Positions 38,400 to 47,732 of a stretch of DNA of 64,000 bases are shown here, piece after piece. The stretch is from Firmicutes bacterium ADurb.Bin080. Lineage in GTDB: Bacteria; Bacillota; Clostridia; Christensenellales; DTU072. The position numbers were made by a program, and so were the translations under genes. The notes under the pieces are model-generated. The model was given only the letters and a program-made list of their open reading frames with translations, was not told where the DNA came from and made no database searches. The stretch spans positions 6,349 through 70,348 of the forward strand of contig MWEH01000095.1 of the NCBI GenBank assembly GCA_002070965.1, written 5' to 3'. Numbering within the stretch: the first letter of the stretch is position 1; the number at the start of each line of letters is the position of its first letter.

Positions 38400-38411
38400 C
38401 TTGTATACAAG
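38400..38411. promoter_or_regulatory. GntR/FadR-type operator palindrome CTTGTATACAAG
   Basis: Perfect 12-bp palindrome with a TTGTATACAA core. It matches the GT-N-AC architecture of GntR-family operators and lies upstream of the gntR-eda-kdgK-uxaC... operon. Confidence 0.55.
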
Positions 38412-38453
38412 ACATTCGTATTTACCTTAAAATCGAAGTTAATCTTTGGTCAC

Positions 38454-38463
38454 TTGTATACAA
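38454..38463. promoter_or_regulatory. second TTGTATACAA operator palindrome
   Basis: Identical 10-bp core, 53 bp from the first, in the same upstream region. Confidence 0.5.
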
Positions 38464-38491
38464 CAACTGATTATAGTTAAAATGCAGACAT

Positions 38492-38521
38492 AAAAAATAT
38501 CCCTTTTTTTAGGGATATTTT
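38492..38521 (-). terminator. terminator after the surface-protein gene (potentially bidirectional)
   Basis: AATATCCC / GGGATATT stem with a T-rich loop, flanked by an A-run and a T-run. Confidence 0.65.
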
Positions 38522-38564
38522 ATGTGTTCAAATTACTTTTAGCTTTTGATAATAAAGTACTAGA

Positions 38565-40739
38565 TTATTTCTTTCTTATGGGAGCATCCAAAACTTTCTT
38601 TGTAGTCTTTTTCCTTTTAATTATCATATCCTTAAAAGTTTTTTTCTTAATGCCGAACCAGATAATAGAAAATACGCTAGCGCCAAGTACCACTGCACCC
38701 GCTATCGAGATGCCTGCTATTGCTCCTCCCGAAAGCCCTTCATTTTCGCGAATTACATTGTATATATTGTTGTTTGTATTTTCGGTCTCTCCTGGAAGGA
38801 TAGTAGAAGAAGTATATATTGCCTCTGCTTTTACTGAACCAAGAATTGTAATAGAATCCCCTGGTTGGAAAGTAATGCCATTGATTTTCCAGCCTTCAAA
38901 GGTATAGCCCTCTTTTGCCGGGCCTTCCGGAAGAGTAAGCTGATCATTAATATTTAAGGTTTCTGGGTCAAGAAGATTTGTCCCACCCAAGGTAAAACTA
39001 ACTGTGTAATCTACTATTTCGTAATAAACTCCGAGCACCAGGCTCTCATCTGAGGAAATAACTCCACTTTCAAGGTACTCCTTAGAGTGTTGAGTTGCAT
39101 ATCCCGCCAGTTTCTTGTACCCTGGAACAACTGCTAGGGCATATACCGTCGAATCGGTAGTTCCCTCAAGAGTCTCTTCCCTCAATAGGGAATCATCCAG
39201 AGCAAGAATATGTTTAACCTTATATTTGGTATTTGTGTTAGGAGAGAATTTAGCTGTAAGGGTCAAGGTGTCTAATTTTGCACCCCCTTCGTCGGTGGGA
39301 GCTATCATAGTGTATTTATTTGATGTAGAAAAGACCTTTAAATCGTCTCCAGTCTTTGTTTTTCCATCGGTCCAACCCACAAAAAAGTACCCGGGTTTAC
39401 TAATTCCTTCCCCTGTTTGAAGAGAAAATCTTTGCTCAAATTTATATTCAGTACTGTCAACGGGTGCTTCTCCTTGAACAAGGATATCCTCCCCCTTGCT
39501 ATATAAAACACCATAGCTATCCCGGCTATAATACAATTTCAAAATTAAGCTGCCATTTGCTTTAATCGTTCCTGAATAATTATCCTCAGTTTCTGTCTTT
39601 TCCTTGTTGAACGTAAATCCGTCCATTTTCCATAGTCTAGGCTCTTCGGGATCATTTATATCAATAGTAACTGTTGCATCGGTAGTTCCCTCATGTGTCT
39701 GAGTATCGATATCCCTCTTTTGATATGAGTTAGGGTCACTAAGTCCCTGTCTATAATGTTCTATTTTATACTTCGTATCATCTTTTGGATCCCACTGGGC
39801 AATAAAGATGACTTTGGCGACCGGGTCAAGATCAAAAGTCCTGTTATATTCTTCAGGAGCATTTGTCTCATTGGAATATTCCTTTCCACTTGCATCCCCT
39901 TCGATTATAAAGCTTCTGAAATTATATCCTGTGTTGGTAAAAGTATTTACTACAACTGATCCGGAATACTTGTTGGTTTCCGAGGTATAGGTTATTAAAC
40001 TACTTTGCATAGTTACTTGAGAGGCGCCTGCCCCTTTAAAAATTATTTCCGGTTTTGCAAGAACTTCTACGCTAATAGTCTTATCCACAGGGTTGAGATC
40101 TAAAAAGTTATCTTCTGTGCCAGCTGGTGCTGTAAACTTCAATATTACTCCCGCAACAGTCGCAGCAGTTTCAAGCCTCCCACCAAGTGTATATCCTGAT
40201 GGCAGAGTATTAATTGCCCAGCCTAGAGGGAGAATAACCTCCTGAAGGGACATTCCAACAGATGCCCTGTATGTTGATGCCACCGCACTTGCTGGATCAT
40301 TCTTTGAAATAGTATATTCGAAAAAGGTATCTTCCCCTTCTTTTGGGGTATAATCCGTCCTGTCATATATCCTAACTTGTCTTTTGTAAGTTCCCGAAAG
40401 CACAAAATTATTGACTTTCGTATCTAGCTCGGTATACTCTGTGCCATCCGCCTCCTTAAATTGCCACGTGCTTCCATCAGAATACACAAAGTTACTTCCT
40501 TCAATGAGGTTATAACTAGAAGCACCGACTGCATAGGTTGCTGTATAACCGGTAGATAAAGGTTGGGGAAGAGAGGTGTATCTCACTGTAGAACTTGCGG
40601 AGTATCTTATTGTTCCGCTTACTTCAATAGGGGCTGCATATGCTATTTGATCAACTCCCTGCATAAAAACGATAAAAGATAGGATTAATAATGATACAAT
40701 CACTACTCCGATAGATAACTTCTTTGCTAATGTTTTCAT
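38565..40739 (-). CDS. large surface protein with Listeria-Bacteroides (InlB B-repeat/Flg_new) repeats and a C-terminal TM anchor
   Basis: N-terminal signal/TM. Repeats of the type GY.F.GW....(T/K)....F...D.....(L)TA.F/Y (e.g. PGYFFVGWTDGKTKTG..LTAKFSP, EGYTFEGWKINGITFQPGDSI..VKAEAIY). The C-terminus GGAIAGISIAGAVVLGASVFSIIWFGIKKK is followed by a basic tail. No LPxTG. Confidence 0.7.
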   Translation of the reverse strand: MKTLAKKLSIGVVIVSLLILSFIVFMQGVDQIAYAAPIEVSGTIRYSASSTVRYTSLPQPLSTGYTATYAVGASSYNLIEGSNFVYSDGSTWQFKEADGTEYTELDTKVNNFVLSGTYKRQVRIYDRTDYTPKEGEDTFFEYTISKNDPASAVASTYRASVGMSLQEVILPLGWAINTLPSGYTLGGRLETAATVAGVILKFTAPAGTEDNFLDLNPVDKTISVEVLAKPEIIFKGAGASQVTMQSSLITYTSETNKYSGSVVVNTFTNTGYNFRSFIIEGDASGKEYSNETNAPEEYNRTFDLDPVAKVIFIAQWDPKDDTKYKIEHYRQGLSDPNSYQKRDIDTQTHEGTTDATVTIDINDPEEPRLWKMDGFTFNKEKTETEDNYSGTIKANGSLILKLYYSRDSYGVLYSKGEDILVQGEAPVDSTEYKFEQRFSLQTGEGISKPGYFFVGWTDGKTKTGDDLKVFSTSNKYTMIAPTDEGGAKLDTLTLTAKFSPNTNTKYKVKHILALDDSLLREETLEGTTDSTVYALAVVPGYKKLAGYATQHSKEYLESGVISSDESLVLGVYYEIVDYTVSFTLGGTNLLDPETLNINDQLTLPEGPAKEGYTFEGWKINGITFQPGDSITILGSVKAEAIYTSSTILPGETENTNNNIYNVIRENEGLSGGAIAGISIAGAVVLGASVFSIIWFGIKKKTFKDMIIKRKKTTKKVLDAPIRKK

Positions 40740-40832
40740 ATTCCGCCTTTCTGTTCTATGTTTACGCTTCTCGCGCGCATACTAGTAATTATATATTAGG
40801 GTGATATGGGTGTCAAACATATAAAAAAATCA

Positions 40833-40925
40833 TGGAAGTTCCCAATAGAAATGTATGTAAAACTTGCTTTGAAAATTTCCTGGAACTTCCCAATACAAAT
40901 GTATATAAATCCTGCTTTAAGAAAT
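40833..40925. repeat. two direct copies (48 bp period) in the promoter region of the surface-protein gene
   Basis: tggaagttcccaatagaaatgtatgtaaaacttgctttgaaaat (40833-40876) versus tggaacttcccaatacaaatgtatataaatcctgctttaagaaat (40881-40925). Confidence 0.8.
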
Positions 40926-41019
40926 CTATGGTGTTCGTTTTTTTACATAAAGGCTTTGGGTTTTAACCAAGAAAATACTTTAACAAAAGTCAAAATTGGC
41001 TTACAGAAAAATAGCTATA

Positions 41020-41721
41020 TTACAACATAATGTATGTTGCTGCGATGCAACATGCGGGCCCAACAAAAGTGAGTACGTGAAATACTGTATGGGTATATTT
41101 CTTCCCTATTTTATAAAAAATAGCACCTATAAGACAAAAAATTACGCCTGCTAAATACCACATTTTGGCATCAAAAGGGATAAAATCCTTGCTTACCAAA
41201 TAAGCTATTACAAGGAATGCTCCTGCAACGAAGTCGTTTATCAAAGCAACAATTCTAAAAGTTTTAAAATTAACGATACACCCAATATAGTTAACCGCGG
41301 CCAGCCCATAACACAAACCCAAAATTATATAATTAACTGTGCTTGGAGGGGTCGCCATAACCACTGCAGCACCACAGGAAATAACAACTAATATGACACT
41401 TGCGTGATCAAATTTCCTGATTTTTCTTTTCAAATCAGTGTTTTTTATCGCATGATAGGTAGCTGAAGTCGCATAAAGGATTATGAAACCTAAACATATT
41501 AAGATTCCAAGTACTACACCACTTGCAGTAGTTGCTTTAGAAAGAGTAAAAATAAGTGCGATTATCCCAAGAAAAATCCCCGCTCCATGGGTTATTGCAT
41601 TCAGTAATTCCTCAAGCGGAGTATAGTAAACAAGCTCTAGCGAATTATATTCCTCTTTACGTTCCTTAATTTCCTCGTCGCTAGGATTCCAATTAATTTT
41701 TAATTTCTCTGTTTGGTTCAT
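41020..41721 (-). CDS. hemolysin III / PAQR family membrane protein
   Basis: E.LNAITHG.G motif and seven TM helices with conserved His residues (YH..., HVL). Start at the ATG at 41721 after AAGGGAAAG. Confidence 0.85.
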   Translation of the reverse strand: MNQTEKLKINWNPSDEEIKERKEEYNSLELVYYTPLEELLNAITHGAGIFLGIIALIFTLSKATTASGVVLGILICLGFIILYATSATYHAIKNTDLKRKIRKFDHASVILVVISCGAAVVMATPPSTVNYIILGLCYGLAAVNYIGCIVNFKTFRIVALINDFVAGAFLVIAYLVSKDFIPFDAKMWYLAGVIFCLIGAIFYKIGKKYTHTVFHVLTFVGPACCIAATYIML

Positions 41722-41790
41722 CTTTCCCTTATCCAAAATCTATGGTCTAATTATACTTATATAATGGATATATGTAAACCTTATACAGGA

Positions 41791-41829
41791 AAAAGAAAAG
41801 AAAATTGCCCATGGAATTCTTGGGCAATT
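41791..41829 (-). terminator. terminator after the esterase gene
   Basis: AATTGCCCA / TGGGCAATT stem, followed on the minus strand by a T-rich run (complement of aaaagaaaagaaa). Confidence 0.75.
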
Positions 41830-41863
41830 CTAAGATAATGCTTTTAAGTTTGAGATATATGAT

Positions 41864-42898
41864 TTATTTTTTTAGTTGCTTTTTGAACTCTTTATAACTC
41901 AATACCAAATCAAGCTCGGACTTGTCTTTTACCAAGTCTTCCATTAAAAACTTTACGCATTCGAGACACGCCCTATTAGCTCCGTTCATCCAGGGTTTAA
42001 GATGGAAGCAGTGAAAGCTGTTGAGAAAGGTCTTAAAATGACGATAGCGGTATTTGGCTCCCACTTCGTCCAACTTCTTAACTAAATCCTTATTCTGGAA
42101 TTTTGTAAAAAAATCTGTCCTGCCGGTCGCTATCATAATTTCCGGATAATCTTTATCTATATAGTTTGCGGGACTAACTTCCTTTGCGAATTCATAAGCT
42201 GAGTAATCCTTTCTTCTCATAACTCCAGTTAAACTCTTTACCATTGTACTCATTATTGGGAAATAAAAAATCGGTCTGTCAAAATACAAAACTGAAGAAT
42301 GAAGAATTGCCTTATTTATGGTTACTTTTGGCTCGGGAACTGAGAGTTTGTCTCTTAGTTCCTTATTTTGTTGACAAGCAAGTGCCATACCCGAAAGATG
42401 GCCTCCGGCGCTATCTCCGCATACCGATACATTCTCAAGGTCAAGATTGTATTTATCTTTATTTTCGTATATCCACTCTATCGCACGCGACACATTCTGA
42501 ACATTAACTGGGAACTTATATTTTGGGCCAAAACAGTAATTTATGTTCACTACAAAGAATCCTTCGTGAGCAAACATCATGCAATATCCCCTTCTATAAC
42601 TCTTATCCCCTACAATCCACCCACCTCCGTGAATATTCAAGAGAACAGGATACTTTCCCTCAGTAAATCTTCCTTTTTTACTTTCATTAAAAAGTACATC
42701 TAACTGACAATAGTCCGGGTATTTTTCATCATAAATGATATTGTTAATTTCGGTAATTCCCGGATAGGGAAGCATGTTTGATTGCTTGAATTTAATCTGA
42801 TCGTCAAATATGAAAATATTCCCTAAAAATGTTTGGTCTTCGAGAAGCCCTTTCCCTACTGGGATGCCACAATTTTCCTTATTTGCCCAACTTTTCAT
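41864..42898 (-). CDS. alpha/beta hydrolase, hormone-sensitive-lipase-like esterase
   Basis: Oxyanion HGGGW and nucleophile GDSAGG motifs. Start at the ATG at 42898 after AAGGAG. Confidence 0.8.
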   Translation of the reverse strand: MKSWANKENCGIPVGKGLLEDQTFLGNIFIFDDQIKFKQSNMLPYPGITEINNIIYDEKYPDYCQLDVLFNESKKGRFTEGKYPVLLNIHGGGWIVGDKSYRRGYCMMFAHEGFFVVNINYCFGPKYKFPVNVQNVSRAIEWIYENKDKYNLDLENVSVCGDSAGGHLSGMALACQQNKELRDKLSVPEPKVTINKAILHSSVLYFDRPIFYFPIMSTMVKSLTGVMRRKDYSAYEFAKEVSPANYIDKDYPEIMIATGRTDFFTKFQNKDLVKKLDEVGAKYRYRHFKTFLNSFHCFHLKPWMNGANRACLECVKFLMEDLVKDKSELDLVLSYKEFKKQLKK

Positions 42899-42952
42899 TA
42901 CCAATCTCCTTTTTAAAAAATTTTACACCTAACGGAATGAACCACTGGATTA

Positions 42953-43441
42953 TTAGTCACAGAAACAAGTCCCCGCGGAAAGTTTATTTCCTTCAATCAA
43001 TAATAAATACTTCTTCTTATCTACTCCAGATGCATAACCACCAAGACTTCCATCCTTATGAATAGCTCTGTGGCAGGGAATTATTATGGGGAGGGGATTT
43101 TGATTACATGCGTTTCCAACTGCCCTTGCACCCTTCGGAGACCCTATCTCAGATGCGATTTGGGAGTAAGTCTTCGTTTTTCCATATGGAATCTGCAGTA
43201 AAGCGTTCCAAACTTTTTTCTGAAAATCCGTTCCTTTAGCTTCATAAGGGACAGAAAAAGATTTTATCTTTCCATGGACAAAGTCATTTATTTCAAAAGC
43301 AGCTTTATCTGTAAGCTTGCTTCCGTTATTTGTATTAACAACATTGTCAACGTATTCGATCTTAACAATCTTGCTTTCTGTTGCATAAATTGCTATTTTC
43401 CCAATTTCAGTTAAATATGTTTCATTAAATATTTTTTCCAT
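42953..43441 (-). CDS. ogt: methylated-DNA--protein-cysteine methyltransferase
   Basis: Active-site IIIPCHRAI motif and the preceding YG.T.TY..IA pattern. Confidence 0.9.
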   Translation of the reverse strand: MEKIFNETYLTEIGKIAIYATESKIVKIEYVDNVVNTNNGSKLTDKAAFEINDFVHGKIKSFSVPYEAKGTDFQKKVWNALLQIPYGKTKTYSQIASEIGSPKGARAVGNACNQNPLPIIIPCHRAIHKDGSLGGYASGVDKKKYLLLIEGNKLSAGTCFCD

Positions 43442-43569
43442 GTTATCTCTCCATCTCTATCTTTCTATTTTATCACAATTTTTTCCTATTCTCACCACTG
43501 ATTATTAAAAAAGATTCGAATGCTTGGGTTATTCAAATACAACCAAAATATTCTTGTTTTAATTGGTTA

Positions 43570-43619
43570 TCGTCCGTTTATATATATAATTCGGACGATT
43601 ATTGGTCGGTTGTGGACGA
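43570..43619. repeat. three-half-site motif array A (TCGTCCG-N16-GGACGAT-N14-GGACGA)
   Basis: Half-sites at 43570-43576, 43593-43599 and 43614-43619. A TATAAT-like box (43585-43590) sits inside the palindrome. The same array occurs inverted at 44706-44754. Confidence 0.7.
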
Positions 43620-43623
43620 TAAA

Positions 43624-44688
43624 TTACTTTATAGCATCGTATCTGATATAGAAGGTGGCTCTACCTGAGCCTTTTTTAACAATAATTTGTTCTGCACTCA
43701 ATTTTTTGAGAGAATCTAAAATTGCAGTTCGTCCTCCAATCGGGCATGCTCTAATAACCTCGGCGGCAGTAAACTTCCCGATACTGCCAGTCACATATTT
43801 TTTTACTACATCGTATACCGTACTCTTATAACCTTGCTCGTTTATCATACTAACTCTTTCTTCAAACTCCCTATAACAAGCCAGTATTATTTGAAGCATA
43901 TATTTAATAAATGGTGTTGAATCGTTTTCTTCACTGTGCCATCCTTTGTCTGCCTGATGAAGTGTGGCATAATATTCGTCTTTGGTCTTTTCTATCATTT
44001 TTTCAATGCTTATATATTTCCCAACTGAAAACCCGTTTTTGTAAAGCAAAAGTAGAGTCAATAATCTACTTAGTCTTCCATTACCATCATTAAATGGGTG
44101 TATGCACAAGAAGTCACATATAAATGTGGGGATTAGTAGCAATGGATCAACAAGTTCCTGCTCAATAGTTCTGGTATAACTCTCACAAATAGCAATTATT
44201 GCATTTTCAGTTTCATAAGGCTTCAAGGGAGTAAATCTTGTCAAGACAGATCCATCCGGTTTTATTTCGTTAATGTAGTTTTGCGTGTTTTTATATTGCC
44301 CCCCAAAACTCTTGTCGGTATGTTTTAATAAATCCCTATGCATTTGCAGGATATAACTCGGCTTAATTGGAATATACTCGAAGCTTTCATGAATAGTTTT
44401 CAGAACATCTCTATAGCCAATAATCTCTTTCTCATCCCTGGTTAGTGGTGCAACTTTTTCCTCCATTAGTTGTTTGATTCTTGTACTAGTAGTCACAATG
44501 CCCTCTATCCTATTAGAGGCTTCAACACTTTGAATTTTAGCAATAGTAGTAAGTCTTTCTAGTTCAACTGGTTTCTCACGGGAATATAGATCCTCTCTGC
44601 CCTTACACTCATTAATTTTAGCAATATATGAAACTATCTCCCCATCCCATTTTTGCCTAGCAAGCTTGCTGTAATCAAATTCGCGCAT
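43624..44688 (-). CDS. Fic family protein (AMPylase-type; autoinhibitory helix present)
   Basis: Fic core HPFNDGNGRLSR. Upstream inhibitory-type motif S-N-R-I-E-G ((S/T)xxxE(G/N)). C-terminal wHTH-like region. Start assigned to the ATG at 44688 (AAGGAAG RBS); the longer ORF to 44733 lacks an RBS. Confidence 0.8.
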   Translation of the reverse strand: MREFDYSKLARQKWDGEIVSYIAKINECKGREDLYSREKPVELERLTTIAKIQSVEASNRIEGIVTTSTRIKQLMEEKVAPLTRDEKEIIGYRDVLKTIHESFEYIPIKPSYILQMHRDLLKHTDKSFGGQYKNTQNYINEIKPDGSVLTRFTPLKPYETENAIIAICESYTRTIEQELVDPLLLIPTFICDFLCIHPFNDGNGRLSRLLTLLLLYKNGFSVGKYISIEKMIEKTKDEYYATLHQADKGWHSEENDSTPFIKYMLQIILACYREFEERVSMINEQGYKSTVYDVVKKYVTGSIGKFTAAEVIRACPIGGRTAILDSLKKLSAEQIIVKKGSGRATFYIRYDAIK

Positions 44689-44705
44689 TATTATTTCTTC
44701 CTTTT

Positions 44706-44754
44706 TCGTCCATATTTTTCTCTTATCGTCCATATTATACTATAATTCGGACGA
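44706..44754. repeat. three-half-site motif array B, inverted copy of array A, overlapping the Fic promoter region
   Basis: Read on the minus strand: TCGTCCG (44754-44748), N16 containing TATAAT (44739-44734), GGACGA (44731-44726), N14, GGACGA (44711-44706). Confidence 0.7.
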
Positions 44755-44853
44755 AAATAAAAGGGATTATATCATATCCTAAACTTGAGATTCAATATTT
44801 GAGTAAAGCATAGAAACCCTGGTGGACGTTTTTCAAATATATCTTGGAATATT

Positions 44854-44888
44854 GAAAAAATTTACCTCCGAAAAAATTCTTCGGAGGT
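44854..44888 (-). terminator. terminator after the OYE/FadH-like reductase gene
   Basis: ACCTCCG / CGGAGGT stem (44864-44870 / 44882-44888), with a T-rich run following on the minus strand. Confidence 0.7.
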
Positions 44889-44921
44889 ATTTTATTAGGA
44901 AGTATTTTAGGTTATGCGAGG

Positions 44922-47207
44922 TTAAATAGATCTTGCTTTTCTATATGCAGACCTTGTAGCCTCAAATATCTTTGCACCTTTGAAACTATCCCCTACGTTG
45001 TATACTTCGGGCGCTACATTATTTGCTACACAGTCGAAGAATAGTTTGTTTGAACTGCGCACTCCCATGGCCAAAACCACTAGATCGGCGTCCAATTCTC
45101 TTTCAACGCTTTCATCCTTAATTTTTCTCAAAAGATCCATTGGATTTTCGACATTCTCCGGAAGAATTGGGGCCCAGGTATTGTATGGGTTAGGAACGTT
45201 TTTATGCTTATTTTGAGAAACCACAACCTTATTACCCACTATCTTTACTAACTTTGTACAATTTAGCAGCTCAACTCCGGCTTCTTCAAGATAATGTATT
45301 ATGTGTCCTCTGTTAGCTGTGCAGGTATGATTCATTATGTACTTATCCATCTCAACTACTTTAACTTCCTTGTCATACTCAAAGGTAAGCCAGTATGCTG
45401 TCTCTGCACCAACTACTCCCCCTCCAATGACAACAATCTTTTTCTTTCCTTCTGCAAGAGATGGATTTTGAAGGAGGTCAATAGCGGCAACAACATTTTC
45501 CCCATTGATACCCTCAATTGACCCCGGTCTAACTGGGGAAGTACCTGTAGCCGTAATGATTACATCATATCCGCCTTGTTTCAATGTCTCCAAGCTTCCT
45601 TCAGTTCCTAGCAAGAGTTTAAAATTGGAATTCTTTTCTAGCTCTTCTACCGTTTTTTCAAGGAATTTAAGGTAGTTCTTGATCTCGTATTTTATTTTTG
45701 CAATACTGCCTGCAATGAGGTTTCCGCCCAGCCTAGTGCTCTTTTCATATAAATCGACTTTATGTCCCCTTTGGAGTAACACTGAAGCGGCCGTAATTCC
45801 TGCGGGCCCGCCACCAATGACTGCCACCTTCTTGCTCTTATCGGCCTTGGGTATCTCCTGAGAAAACTCATCTTCATATGACGTTCTTGGATTCACTGCG
45901 CACTGTGGATGTCCACCTTCCACAAACTCGTTTATACAGGCTTCCTGACATCCTATACAGGGACGAATATCTTCGACTTTCCCAGCATATGCTTTATTGC
46001 ACCAGTCTGGATCGGCTAAAAGAGGTCTTCCCAGCATAACCATATCGCATTTGTCATCCCTTAAGGCTTTTTCAGCTAAATCGGGGTATCCGAGTTTTCC
46101 TACAGCTACTACAGGAACCTCTAGCCCTTTATTAGTCTTTATGCCATTTGCCGCGAAGTATTTCTTGACTATCTCTGCGATATCCAGATAACATCCTGCT
46201 GGCATTGACGATGGGGGATGTGGTAACCACCAGTTATCATAACATCCAAGGTCGACGTCAAACATATCAACGCCTGCTTCTACAAGGTTTTTCATATATG
46301 TCAAAGTCTCTTCGGGCGTTCTCTCATCTTTGAATTTCTTCAGAGGACTGACCGTCTTCATTTTCTCTTTATACGTAACATTTAGCATTAGGGACAGGTC
46401 AATTCTGTACATAATGGGGTAGTCTTTTCCTACTCTTCTACGTATTTCTTTAATCATATCTATTCCGAATCTTTCATAGTCGGCATACTTACCCATTACC
46501 CTTCTGTTAAACGCGGGATTGGTCATTTGCTCCAAAAGATATCCCTCATGGCCATGTAAATACACTCCATCGAGATTTAACCCTTTTGCATCTGCTGACC
46601 CCTGGCCAACATTTTTGATGATCTTTTTTAAGCTCTTATCTGAAAGTCTCAAGCAAGGAACATCTTTCATATACCAATTGGGATTGAAAGAGGAGCTCCT
46701 TGGAAACTGCAGGGAATTGACTAAACATTGTGGATTTCCCACCCTTCCAAGTCCAGGAGTTAATTGGACAAAAAAGTGTGCACCATGAGCATGTACTTTT
46801 GCTGCAAGATCTCTCCAGCCAGCATATACTGTTCTGCTTCTGTCTATCCTTGGGAAGTAAGATAAATCTCCAAGTTCATATAATGACTTGTCAATACCAA
46901 AGGAAACAGGAATAAGTCCGGAAGTAATCAGTCCAACCCCGCCTTTAGCTCTTTCCTCAAAGTATTTAATCATTTTATCGTTGGGTCTTCCAGTTTCTTC
47001 CGCCATGCAAATGTTTCCCATAGGGGCCATAACCAATCTGTTTTTAACGGTAAGATTGTTAATCCTTATAGGAGAAAACATTTTCTCGTAAGGATATAGG
47101 TTTGCTGTCATCTCCGGGACATCGAAGCCGTGTTTCCACCAATCTCCGAACTGTGAATCCAATTCCTTTAGTTTATCCTCGTAACTCATTACCTTCTTTT
47201 CTTCCAT
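44922..47207 (-). CDS. OYE-like FMN oxidoreductase fused to an FAD/NAD(P)-binding domain (2,4-dienoyl-CoA reductase/enoate reductase family)
   Basis: N-terminal TIM-barrel OYE pattern (..VMAPM.., HGHEGYLL.QM). Cys cluster RPCIGCQEACI..C. Two Rossmann motifs (VIGGGPAG, VIGGGVVG). Start at the ATG at 47207 after AAGGAG. Confidence 0.8.
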   Translation of the reverse strand: MEEKKVMSYEDKLKELDSQFGDWWKHGFDVPEMTANLYPYEKMFSPIRINNLTVKNRLVMAPMGNICMAEETGRPNDKMIKYFEERAKGGVGLITSGLIPVSFGIDKSLYELGDLSYFPRIDRSRTVYAGWRDLAAKVHAHGAHFFVQLTPGLGRVGNPQCLVNSLQFPRSSSFNPNWYMKDVPCLRLSDKSLKKIIKNVGQGSADAKGLNLDGVYLHGHEGYLLEQMTNPAFNRRVMGKYADYERFGIDMIKEIRRRVGKDYPIMYRIDLSLMLNVTYKEKMKTVSPLKKFKDERTPEETLTYMKNLVEAGVDMFDVDLGCYDNWWLPHPPSSMPAGCYLDIAEIVKKYFAANGIKTNKGLEVPVVAVGKLGYPDLAEKALRDDKCDMVMLGRPLLADPDWCNKAYAGKVEDIRPCIGCQEACINEFVEGGHPQCAVNPRTSYEDEFSQEIPKADKSKKVAVIGGGPAGITAASVLLQRGHKVDLYEKSTRLGGNLIAGSIAKIKYEIKNYLKFLEKTVEELEKNSNFKLLLGTEGSLETLKQGGYDVIITATGTSPVRPGSIEGINGENVVAAIDLLQNPSLAEGKKKIVVIGGGVVGAETAYWLTFEYDKEVKVVEMDKYIMNHTCTANRGHIIHYLEEAGVELLNCTKLVKIVGNKVVVSQNKHKNVPNPYNTWAPILPENVENPMDLLRKIKDESVERELDADLVVLAMGVRSSNKLFFDCVANNVAPEVYNVGDSFKGAKIFEATRSAYRKARSI

Positions 47208-47284
47208 TTCTTTCTCCTTATTCAAATACATACTTCAAATAATTGTTTTTATTTTCCCCGATAATCGGGGTAAATATGTGTAAC

Positions 47285-47731
47285 TTAAAAAACTTCTACA
47301 GTTCCATCCTTGTGAATAGAAATCTTCATTCCATTCTGGACATAATCTAAAAATTCATCTCCAAGTTTATCTATTACAGGCATTGGAGTGTCTGTCCAAA
47401 CATCGTTTAATATGATACCTGCAGCGGATACTGGATCTACTTCCTTTGAATACAACATACAGGCCGGGAGTCTTCCCATATCACCTACGCAATAAATAAT
47501 CATTCCACCCGTTGTCGAGCCTATTGTTAGAGGGAGACAAAGTGCTTTTCCAGCCATCTTGACACCATAAATGTTTTCATTATTCTGGTCATCACAGGGA
47601 GCTTCCTTTCCTGAAGGCAAGGGAAGAAGTGCTTTTTTGAAACTTGCAAGGCAATTAAAACCTTGCTTTGAAACCACAGCTTCAGCTGTTAGTTCTCCGG
47701 GGACTACAACACGTCCTTTGAATTGTTTCAT
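47285..47731 (-). CDS. aconitase X swivel-domain protein (DUF126, AcnX small subunit)
   Basis: 148 aa. MKQFKGRVVVPGE..AEAVVS...F N-terminus is typical of DUF126. The start overlaps the stop region of the upstream DUF521 gene. Confidence 0.7.
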   Translation of the reverse strand: MKQFKGRVVVPGELTAEAVVSKQGFNCLASFKKALLPLPSGKEAPCDDQNNENIYGVKMAGKALCLPLTIGSTTGGMIIYCVGDMGRLPACMLYSKEVDPVSAAGIILNDVWTDTPMPVIDKLGDEFLDYVQNGMKISIHKDGTVEVF

Positions 47732-47732
47732 A

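Noticed and set aside
40806-41030. The 74-aa ORF overlapping the 48-bp promoter repeats
   Set aside because: Its repetitive peptide simply mirrors the DNA repeat. It has no RBS and sits in the upstream region of the surface-protein gene.
47254-47270. The hairpin CCCCGATAATCGGGG between the AcnX small-subunit gene and the reductase gene as a terminator
   Set aside because: On the transcribed (minus) strand it is followed by an A-rich rather than a T-rich tract, so it is not a canonical intrinsic terminator. It may be an RNA-stability element or nothing.
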